A stretch of 64,000 nt of DNA, taken from contig OZ025669.1 of assembly GCA_964019335.1 (NCBI GenBank), positions 372,001 through 436,000 of the forward strand. Reading direction: 5' to 3'. Source of the stretch: Diplonema japonicum. Taxonomy: Eukaryota; Protista; Euglenozoa: Diplonemea. A program made the translations under genes and the position numbers. Positions 9,620 to 19,804 of the stretch are shown here, piece after piece; position 1 is the stretch's first letter; each line of letters starts with the position of its first letter. The notes below the pieces were generated by a model, which was not told the origin of the DNA, did no database searches, and worked only from the letters and a program-made list of their open reading frames with translations.

Positions 9620-11871
9620 TTATCCCCGCTGTTTGCGTGATGGCTTGTTGCTCCCACTGCTGGCGACCATCGACTGTGACATGGGGTCCATACCTGCGAC
9701 TTGTTCTAGGATAAGAGCTTGGAGTTTAGCATCGTCTTCCAGTGTCGTGACTAGGGATCTGTAGTGCGCGAGGGGTATGTCTGTCTGGACCTCTGCATGG
9801 ATGGTGATGTACTGGGAGAGGTCTTCTATGTCGCCTCCCCACCACGGGCCGTCTACGCACTGTGAGGACTTGATGACGAGCTCCACAACCTTTCCAGGCA
9901 AACAGGTGGCCAGCATGTCGAACAAGGACTGCACCTTCGGTGCTTTCTCGCCTTGAAACGACACAATAATGTCATCCTCATTGGCTAGCCCGTCGAGGCT
10001 CCCCCCTGGCTTGATGTGCAATAGGCGGAGACCTTCACCGTCGTTGAACTCAGACACCTCAACGCCAAGGGTAGGCTCCAAGGTAGGCAGCAGTTCCTTT
10101 GCTTCTTTAACCTCCCTGCACAATCCTTGGTGTGCGTCGAGGTGCCGTGCTTGGTACAGAACGCCGCATTCCTCGCAAGCAGCATTTCTTGAAGGGCATT
10201 CTGAAGACATGTGTTCTGGCATCGCATATGCTCGCAGCACCATCAGGCATATCTTGCACTCCACAGGTCTCTCAGAGCATTCTCTATCAATATGCTGGAA
10301 ATACGATTGTTTCGTGACTTTTGCTCTGCACCGGTCGCACTGCTCCGTGTCGATGACATTCTGCGGCACGACAGGCTTCGCCATCCCCTTCTTCTTCTTG
10401 TTCCGCTTTCTGACGATCTCCAGCTCTGCCTGCAGCATACGCTGCTCTTCCTGTAGTGTGTTATGTGTTGTGTTCAGGTTTTTTTTTGACCACACCTCGA
10501 TTCGAAGTCTCACTTGCTTTAAGTCATCTGCTTCTCTATCCGCTTTGTACTGCAATAACTGGTTGACCTTATTCCTGTGACAGGTTTGTTATATAATAGT
10601 AGTGCATACTGCATGGCTTCGAGTTCAGCTTCGTTCCGCACAGTCTGCACTTGTACCTCGGAAGCACTTATTTTGGCATGTAGCTGTGCAGCCTCTCTGG
10701 CTTCTTCTGCTGAAAGGAACGAGCGTTCCGCCTCGTTTCGCTCTTCCAGCGCCTTCAGAGCAGCTTTACTGACGCCCTCTTCTCGCAGATGGAGGAGGTC
10801 GGAGAGCCTGTTTATCTCCCTCGCTTGGTTCTTCAGGTTCCATGAATCGTTGTGGAACTTTGTGGCCTCCTCGCCTTCGTGCGCTTGGTGAGTCAGTGTC
10901 AGAGACTCATGCTGCTCTTCCAAAGCTACAAGAAGCCTGGAGACCTTCACTTTCTTCACGAGCAGTTCCCGTCCAACTAAGAAGGTGTTCAGCTGTATCC
11001 GTGCGCTCCACCGATCGACCTCCATGCGTCGCCATTCTAAAGCTTCTTCCAGAAGCAGTGCCTCTGCAGCTGCCTCTTGGGTTCTGTCAAGAACGAGCAC
11101 CTCGCGTTCGCACATTAACTGGATTTGTTTGAAGAGCCCGTGCTGGAGGGAGCAGCAGTAGTTGCACTTCAGCGTGCACCAAGGGAGGAGGGACCTCTCG
11201 CAGCGAAGCCGTCTCACTGTCCGGTAGTGCATTTCTTCTTCGGAGATGATAGAGGCGCGGGTGAAGGTTTCGTGCTCGTTGATGCAGGAAAGCTCGAGGG
11301 AGAGCCTTGCGAGGTATTCTTGTTTCTTGAAGTTTTGAACAGCTTGGAAGGTGCTGTCAGCAAGGAGGCAGAGTTCTTGCGAGAGGTGGAGCTCACGACG
11401 GAGGGCAGAAACGTACTCACGCTGTGTGATGTGCTCTTTCGAGAGGGTGTTTGGTGTGTGAGAGTCTTCATGCAAGTATACGATCTCAGTGTAAATGTCA
11501 ACAGCGTGGAGTGTGAAGTCTGTCTTCGCAGGCACCACTGCCACGTCGCCCTTCCCTAGCGAGCACCGCCCCACGGCACTCTCCAGAACCACCTCCCCTG
11601 CGACCACTACGATCGACCACCGCCGCCTGTCGCCTCGTTCCTTTACCGTTCCTCCAAGTCGCATCTTCAGCCTCCCCCTTCCTCCCACCACCACTTCTTT
11701 CACGCCTCCCCCGTCCATCCTCCTTCCTGCCTCCTCCCTTACCCCCTGCCCCACCACATAGAACCTCCCTTCCCTCTCGTTGTAGTAATCACGAGGCCTC
11801 TTCACCGGAAGCGCCGTTGTCACCCATGAAGGTTCTAAAGGGTTGCATCCTGCGCTGCTTGGACGTGTCAT
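9620..11871 (-). CDS. Multidomain protein: cupin-like barrel, coiled coil, TRAF-type zinc fingers, PDZ-like domain (2 exons)
   Basis: 35-nt intron 10575-10609 (GTATGC..CAG) joins the overlapping ORFs in frame (EAMQ|NKVNQLLQY). Motifs: VVAGEVVL..LGKGDVAVVPA; CDRC..HIDRECSERPVECKIC..HMSSECP..CEEC..HQGLC; LGVEV..GLRLLHIKPGGS..DDIIVSFQG. Confidence 0.75.
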
Positions 11872-12058
11872 ACACGGAGGGCCCTGGGGCTTGGCCTGCG
11901 GTGTTTACAGTCGGTGGAAAAAAAAGAGAAAAAAAAAAATCGAAAACCATGTTGCTACAAAGTAAAAAAAAAAGAGGGGGAAAAAAAAAAAAAATCCGTG
12001 TGTAAATGCGGAATTTTCAAAGCAAAATAAAACGTTTCTTTCACCCCCTTTCCCCCCT

Positions 12059-12565
12059 TCAATAGATAGGGTTGGATCGGGGGAGGTTGTAGACGTGCTT
12101 ACCAAGCCTTGCAGAGGGGGGCCGGGTCATACGTGCCAGTATGCAAGGAAGGTTGGAGGGGTTGTAGGATTTGTCTATGGGTTGCGGGAGGGGAGAAGGC
12201 TTGATGATGTTAGGACAGTCATCTTTAGTAGGGGGTCGGTAGGCCCGACGAGAGGAAGAAACCGCTTGCTGCGGTGTGAGCTTCTTCAAAAAGGACGAGA
12301 AGTACCCGTCATGGGGTTGTGCAGGGTTGCGAGGGCCCTTTGGCGCACTGTCTCCTTTCACCATTTCAAAGCCGCTTCCCACAGGGCAGCTGTGTGCCAT
12401 CGCCTCACTCCCACTGCATATCAACACAACGCTATTCACAGCAGCCTTCCTCAGCCTGTCTTCTTTCAACATGTTTCGACGAAGCCCCGTCCCACAGTAA
12501 TAGCAAAAGAAGACACCAGGGGTGTCCGGACACTTCTGTCCACAAGAACTGCACAAAACTTGCAT
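12059..12565 (-). CDS. Hypothetical protein with N-terminal zinc ribbon
   Basis: MQVLCSSCGQKCPDTPGVFFCYYCGTGL (CxxC..CxxC); coding-like composition. Confidence 0.55.
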   Translation of the reverse strand: MQVLCSSCGQKCPDTPGVFFCYYCGTGLRRNMLKEDRLRKAAVNSVVLICSGSEAMAHSCPVGSGFEMVKGDSAPKGPRNPAQPHDGYFSSFLKKLTPQQAVSSSRRAYRPPTKDDCPNIIKPSPLPQPIDKSYNPSNLPCILARMTRPPSARLGKHVYNLPRSNPIY

Positions 12566-12877
12566 CCCCACCCACCCCCGCCCAACCCCTCTTTTTTTTG
12601 TATTGTCAGGACACAAAAAAAGTTTTCCGGATATTGAACCTGACGAAAAAAAAATCTGTTAAACGCGGTCGGGTTGCAAGGAACCCCAAGCAAAGCACCG
12701 CAGGCTCACTCTCCTAGTTAATTTCTTACTCATTCTTCCCGAGTTTCTCAACTCCGCTTCGTGCCCCAAACACCATGGTGCTGCAAAGAGAACGGGGAAA
12801 AAACTTCCGAGCTAGGAAACGTCGGTCACTACCTAATCGTTAAATAATAAAGAAGGGAGGGGGGAAGGCGGGAAAGT

Positions 12878-13465
12878 TCATCCGCCGCCCCTAGCAAGTT
12901 TATATAGTTTACAGTTTCTTTCGAGCCGCAGAAGCTGGGCTTGTTTCAAAGGACGTGGAGGAGGCAGTTCGCTGGGGGCTTTTTGAGGCTTCGGGAGGGC
13001 ACGGCAGGTATCGCAACTAAACTCAGCCGTATGTTTGTAAGATAGAGAGGTAGTAGACAGTGGACGAAGCGATACCTTTGAAATGTCTAAGTGGCTAAGA
13101 GTCCTGGCGACAGGTGCGGTAGAAGGCCGGTACAATTCCCTTCGCTTCAAATTTGCTGCACGTCGTGACTCGCTACTTTGAGTCGGCTTCACGATAATTT
13201 CGGGCTGTGGTTTCCTTCGATGGGGCGTCTTCCTGTCGTCCCCGTTTTCAAGCTCTAGTTTTTCTACAAAGGTGCTAGCTCCGTTCTTTTTCACGCAATC
13301 GAGGCATCTGTTGTAGAAAGCTCCTAAGGACATGTCATGTCTCCCAAAAGGAAACGGGATATTTTGTGAATACTCTGATTCTCTGCGCGGGGAAGGGGTC
13401 CCCACGTCGCGGTTGCTGCTTCTTACCACGTGCCACCCCCACGCAGGTGAGAGACCGGCCTTCAT
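12878..13465 (-). CDS. Hypothetical protein (195 aa)
   Basis: Open, homopolymer-free ORF on the coding strand with ATG start; no recognised motif. Confidence 0.55.
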   Translation of the reverse strand: MKAGLSPAWGWHVVRSSNRDVGTPSPRRESEYSQNIPFPFGRHDMSLGAFYNRCLDCVKKNGASTFVEKLELENGDDRKTPHRRKPQPEIIVKPTQSSESRRAANLKRRELYRPSTAPVARTLSHLDISKVSLRPLSTTSLSYKHTAEFSCDTCRALPKPQKAPSELPPPRPLKQAQLLRLERNCKLYKLARGGG

Positions 13466-13726
13466 GTGTAAGATATTCTTTTTTTTTTGAAGGTTGGTTG
13501 ATAGTTTGCAGGGGGGGGGGGGGGGGGAAACTAAAAAAAAAAGATAAAAAGAGAGACAGAGAGATGGATAAATAAATAAAGAAAAAATTAAAAAAAAAAA
13601 AAGAGAAACCCTTTTTTGGTTTTAAACAAAAAAAAAAAAGAATAAAAACCTTATAGAGAAACCTTTTTGGTTTTTTTTCCCCCCTTTTTTTTGTTGTCTC
13701 GGTGCAATATGGTGTTACTAGCGCCG

Positions 13727-13774
<48 letters not shown>

Positions 13775-14353
13775 ATTTTTATATTTCTTCTTTTTTTTTG
13801 CCACATTTAGGAATTCCTCAACAAAATAACCCCTCCTCCCCCCTTTTTTTTATTCTTCTTTTCCTTTGTTTCTTTTTTTCTTTTCTTGCGTCCCTTACTT
13901 CGTCTTTATTTTTTTTTCTTCTTTGTTTTTCGCCATTTTTTATTTTTCTTTTTTTCTCTTTTTCTTAAAAAAAAAAAGTACCCAACACACTCTCTCCCCT
14001 CCCCTCAACAAAAAATCCTTTTTTTTCTTCCTCCTGTCCTGCAACTCTTCTTTTTTGTTGTGGGGGTCCCTGTTTTTTTTTTTTTTAAACCAGTTTTTAT
14101 AACTCCAGTCAGATTTTCAACTATGGGTGTGAATATAATATTTCACTTTTATTTTCACACCACACTAGATTTCAGGCTTTTTTTAAGAGGAAAACAGGTG
14201 CAGGAATGAAAATTACTTTATGAGTGAATATATCAATATCAACGTCAACCATAAGCACTCTCAGTAAGATTTGTAACTTGTAACTTGTAATACCCCACAC
14301 TTTCAAAGCTGACTGACGTTAAATAAAACAACGGATTTAGTGAAAATGGATCC

Positions 14354-14459
14354 GATTTTCACTTGTGGTGGCATGTTTAGCTCGTTGATGTTACTTCACT
14401 CGCTGCGCTCGTGAAGTCATATACCCACCGTTAAACCACTGCCGCCACGCGTGAAAATC
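14354..14459 (-). mobile_element. Decayed palindromic hairpin element with GNA-triloop core (putative non-autonomous element)
   Basis: Arms GATTTTCAC 14354-14362/GTGAAAATC 14451-14459, GTGGTGGCA/TGCCGCCAC and ACTTCAC 14393-14399/GTGAAGT 14411-14417 around TC-GC-TGC-GC-TC. Confidence 0.5.
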
Positions 14460-15372
14460 ATGAGTCTTTTTTTTTTCTTTTTTTTTTCTCTTTTTTTTTT
14501 CTCTTTTTCTTTGGGTCTAACAGAATCCTCGAAGAATGGGAGGAAGAAACGAAACAAACAGTAAGCTAAGTTCGGAAGGTAAAAGTAAAAAATTAAAAAA
14601 AAAAGAAGAAGAAAAAAAAATGTGGATGGGGACAGAGGGGGGAGGAGGGGGAAATAAATAAAACTTAAAGAATTCGCTGCGGGCTGAGGATCAATGTAAA
14701 GCAACGATATCACCAACAGAAAAACGAAACCAAAAAAAAAAAAAAGAAAAAAGAAAAAGAATAAAAAAGAAAAAGAACCAAAGACCAGTAAGCAAAAGAG
14801 GATGTATATTTAAGGAAGAGGGGCCAGCGCTTGATGGCGCCAACAATAAAAAAAAATATTGAAATAAAAAATAAAAGGAGGACAGCAGCATCATACTGGG
14901 GAATGTTCCCTTTCTACAAGTAGCCCTTTCTTCTTTTGCCGTTTTTCTTTTGGTTCACAGACAAAACATGGAAGAGACCCCTAAATAGAAGGTAAGCAAA
15001 AACCCCTCCTCTCCTACTGCCATACATTCCACTTTCCTTATTGGTCTTCTGTTCTTCATTTTCTTTTTTGCGTCATATCATTTCTTTCTTAAAGGGGGGG
15101 GGGGGGGGTTGGAACTACCATCACGGTGCAGGCAACAAACCAGAGGACACATAGTTAAGAACAGTGAGGGCTAGTTACTCGGCTTTTTTTACGTTAGTTT
15201 TAATAGACCCATCACTTGGCCCATCCCCTTGCTTTCCTCCAGTCACCCATAGTGCTGCTATTAATGGTATCCGCGAGAGGGCAAACAGATACACAGTTCC
15301 TTTCACTTTGACTCGCTTAAGGGGAGGTGCCGTCAAACACCTGAGACCTTGGCCTAAGACCTTGATCTTGCT

Positions 15373-15403
<31 letters not shown>

Positions 15404-15647
15404 GAATCCGGAAAGCCAGAGAGAACCAGGCCCTCTTCTTTGGGAAAAGAAAAAAAAGGGGGGGCGGAAGGAGAGGTTAAAGAAGAAACATGGTTTCCTT
15501 TGTTTTTTTTTTTTTTTTTCCCTTTTTCTTTTTTCCCCCTTTTGTCATCTTTCTTTGTACCGCAACTGAGCAAAGTAAATAATAAAAATAAAAAAAAAAG
15601 GTCGTCGTTTTTTTCTCTTTTTTTTTTCTTTTTTTTTTTAAAACCCA

Positions 15648-18600
15648 TCAACAGCTGATGATGCAGTCCCAGCAAGCTGTTCCAGACTGCAGCACCTCTT
15701 CGACACAAATTTCACTGTAAGTGACTCCATCTAGAGAGCCTTCAAGCGTGATATATTCGGGACAGTGCTGTAATAGATTTCGTTTTTTTTTTTTTTTTTT
15801 TTAGGATTTTCTTTTGTCAAACCTCTTTCTGCGGATAGCTCCTAACAACTACAGTGCAAGCTTCTGTGACCCCGTCCATCCTGTACTCTAGCCAGGCTGA
15901 GTCGCCTGTATTCGGGGCAGCATGCCAGCTCCCGGCTGGCCCCACACTTGACCCTGCTTCATGCGCATCTTCGCTTGGCGAACTGGCAGCCTTAGTTGGG
16001 TCAACAGCCAGGTTTGCACCTGAAGCCGAGAACACCAATAGTTGCCGCACCCTCCAGTTACAAGACTGTGAATGGCGTAGTTAAACATTATGTGAAATAT
16101 ATATATAAAAAAAAAAAACATACCTCCAGCAGCCCTTTGGGCTTCACACGCAGAGCCTTGTAAGCGGGTTTAGGTGTACCAAGCAGAGGGTGGCCTGTAA
16201 AAAAAAAAAAAAAAGAAGTAATAGAAGCCACCCACGAACATACATGCTATCAAGGCAGCAAGCGTGACGACAGCTCTTGCTGCTCGCTCCGAGTTGGGTC
16301 CTGGAGGGGTCGTCCATGACAGTTGGGAAGAAGAGATGCCAACGGAGGACAGCTTCGCCACCCCGTTAGTAAGAGTGGCTTGGTCTCCGAAGAAACTGAG
16401 GTTCCATTTCTGCGGATCTGACGCACAAGGCGTTGCAAGCAGAGAGTTGAACCTGCGTAAGGCGACGCTGCTCACAGCGCTCCCACGGGCTACAGGGTCC
16501 GAGCACAGCACACGGTCGATCTGTGTCTTCAGCAACGACACCAACTGCAGCTGGTCCCTGTTGGTCGTCTCTCTTGTTTTGTTGAGTTGTTCGATCTTCG
16601 CGATAAGCGCTGCCTCTTGGTTGGTGACGGCCACTCTCGCCCGCTCCCCCCACGACTCGACTTGCTTAATGGCGATCTGTGATTCTACGGAGCCTATGTC
16701 ATCACTCTGCTCCAGCAGATCAGCAGCTTTTGAGAGTATCTCGGCCCTGTCATTCAGCCTGTCGATCACCTCACCCGCCTCCACCGTCTCCTTGTCAAGG
16801 GACTGCGTCAGGAGACTCTTTACCACATGGTTCTTGAATCTGCCCCTCCTGTGCAGCTGCGTGCTGCATCCTGTGCACATTGTAACCATGCATTGTTCGC
16901 ACTCCGTCTCAGCGGGCTTGTCCTCACAGTGGTCACACAAAGGCACTTTGATGACACCACTGGGGAGCGACTCTATCCCGTCAGTCAGCGTCGTTGCAAC
17001 CCCGCATTGCGGGCATACAAATGATTTTGAAGGCTCGCCAAACGCCCACCCGGAGGTCGCTCTCAGGAGGGAGTGCATCTTTGTGGTGAACTGGTGCGCT
17101 TGTTCTGCACATGGGAAACACAGACAATGGCCACAGTCGAGTTTTCGAGAGTCTTTCGGCGGCCCCAAGCATGCTGGGCACGTGGCAATCGTGCATTGCG
17201 GGTCGTCTTGTTGCATTGTGAGAATGGCTCCCTGCAGAGCAGTGTGCTCTAGCAGTGTGTTCAGAGAGGGTCGGTTTTTATTGATGCACAGCGAGACGAA
17301 GCCCCTCCACGTGAAGGACAGGTCGCCGAGCGTTGCAGGTTCCCTGCCTGATATCTTTTCATGTATGATGTTCTCGATCTTCATGGCACCGAACTCCCTG
17401 AAGGGCATCCTGCCTGAGAGGATGTTGAGCATGATCATCCCGATGCCGTATATGTCGGACTCCTTGCTGCAGCCGTCTTCAAAAACCTCAGGAGCAAGGA
17501 TGGCCTCAGGACGCATGCCGTTTGCGGGGAGGATGAACTCTTTTGTCTCCATCGCACTCCAAGCTGCCCTGACGATCAGAGCTGAACAAACGTCTACTTT
17601 TATCTTGCTGAGATCGATGAGATAGACGTGGTGCGAGTGCAGCTGACCGTGCACTGAGTTGTGCCCATGGAAATAGGTGACGGCTTGGATGAGCTGGCAG
17701 GCTACTCGTTGGGCGTCACCGCCGCCAAGGGCCCCGGTTGTCGCGACATATTTCGCAAGCGACCCGCCTGACTTCGACTCTGTCACCCATGATATCGTCT
17801 TTTTCCCGTCTTCCCAAAGCCCTTTGCAGGACAGAATGTAATGATGCGATAGGGCGAATATAGACTCGCGTATCTGATCGGTGAGGATCGGGGTGCTGTA
17901 TTCATGCACGTCGACTTCATACTCGTGGAGCGCAACAGAGGTGTCACCTTCCTTGGCGGTGGCGAGATACACTGTGAGACGCCCTGACTGCATCATGACC
18001 CCGTGTTTCTCATACCTCCCAAGCTCTTGCGTGTATTTTTTCGCGAGTTTGCTCCGCCATTCCTCGTCGGCGGAGGGAGCCCCAGCTGTTGCCATACACG
18101 GGAAATCCCAGTCGGATGTTTCAGTCTCACGTGCATCACCCATGTGGCCATTTACCCCTCCCCCGCTGTTTCCATTGGTTGCTACAAGGCTGTGGTTTGC
18201 CATATGATTTCTAGGAACTTCCTTCGCTACCAGCTCCGGTACGCTGAGCTCGACCATCTTCATGCGAACGTAAGCTTGGGCAGAGAGGTGCATGTCCCGT
18301 CCGAAGCCGGCGAATATAGGGTGTTTGAGAAGCTCGTCCGCGGTGGGGCGGGTCTTAGGGTCTTTTTTCAAGCATTTCTTAACGAAATCGTGAAAGTCAG
18401 CAGAAAACTTCTTCGCCTTAACCGGCGAGAGGCCCTTCATAGTGGGCGGCTCTCCACGCAGAACGAGGGAGAAGACCTTCACAGGTTTGTGTTTATGGTG
18501 AGGCGGCTTACCGAACGCGCATTCAAGCGCAGTAATGCCCAACGACCAGATATCAGATGCTGATTGATAACCACCTTGAGACAAGGCTTCGGGTGCCATC

Positions 18601-19127
18601 CAGCACGGCGACCCTGCAAAGGTTTGCCCTTTAGTTATACTAGCATCGGGTACGGATATGCCGAAGTCGGAGAGACGGATGTCGCCATTTCGAGATACTA
18701 GTAAATTGGCGCATTTTAGGTCACGGTGTACAGACCCGATTGAGTGAAAATATCGTAGGCCTTCCAATGCCTGCTGGAGGATCGCACATATAAATGTTTC
18801 GTCGGAGATGCCATCGGGGTACACGGAGTTTATGACATCGAGGATGCTGCCGTGAGGGTGGTACTGTAGAACAAGCCAGAGACCGTTCCCGCAGAGGAAG
18901 CTGCCCTTCATGCGGAGGACATTGGCGTGGCAGCTTTTTCGCATCATTGTTGCCTCGTGTGTAAAGTGTTCCATGCTCATTTCGTTATCTAAATTTATCA
19001 CCTTCACGGCAACTTCTTCGTCTAACGGTACACATCTTGCTCTGTACACCACACTGCTTGACCCTTCACCCACCACACCCAACAGCTCATACTGCGCTGG
19101 GTCCCTTGGATACGCCAAACTCATCAT
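15648..19127 (-). CDS. OSR1/SPAK(FRAY)-type STE20 kinase + WNK/NRBP-like pseudokinase + RING + B-box + coiled coil + F5/8C-like domain (4 exons)
   Basis: Start MMSLAYP 19127. Intact VAVK/HRDLK/DFG/APE kinase, then a degenerate second kinase, a C3HC4 RING and a B-box. Introns 16195-16243, 16066-16123 and 15768-15822 extend the track ORF in frame to TGA at 15648 (AWLEYRM..CPEYITLEGSLDGVTY). Confidence 0.85.
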
Positions 19128-19681
19128 TTTCCTTTCGTCAGGAAGGGGGATGGTGCCACCCCTCACCAACCTCTTTTTCTTTTTTTGTTTCTTTTTCTTT
19201 TTCTTTTTTTTTCCCCTCCCCCTCCGACCCTTTTTTTTTTGGTGTTTTTCTTTTTTTTCTTTTTGCTTGAAAAAGAGAGAAAGCAATAGAAAGTTGTAAA
19301 ATTGATAAATTTCCGGGGGGGGGGGGGGGGGGGGGGTGCTCACTGTGTAAGTGTCAAAAAAGAAGAATCGAGGCAAAGCTTAGGTTGGCTTTAACTTCTT
19401 ACTTTGCACATACAACCTTTTGTTTGAGGTATAGGACAAGAGTGGGTCACAAAAAAAATGGTGATGAACAACGCCCAATAATAAAAAGGTTTTCCCGAGA
19501 AAACTCATTTTCATACATAGGGAAAGGGAGGGAAGCCAAAAAAGAAAGGGAGAAAAAGCCAAGAAAAAATAAATACAGCAAAATTTTTCAGCAAGGGGAG
19601 AGGGGGGGGGGGGGGGGGAAGCAAAGGTAAAAAAAAAAGAATAAAAAAAAATACCTGCGGAAGTAAAGTCCTTACTCAGTT

Positions 19682-19727
<46 letters not shown>

Positions 19728-19804
19728 TATGCAAGGTATGCCAAAAAAAAAAATTATTTTGTTCTCTGGAAAGAAAACCACTCAAAAAAAGAAGAAGGAC
19801 AAAA

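Noticed and set aside
10519-10609. Programmed frameshift, readthrough or pseudogene explanation for overlapping ORFs (also in the BTB, DnaJ and THP3 genes)
   Set aside because: Short GT-AG introns with a consistent donor consensus restore every frame.
16264-17625. 453-aa plus-strand ORF
   Set aside because: In-register antisense of the kinase/RING gene, with no motifs of its own.
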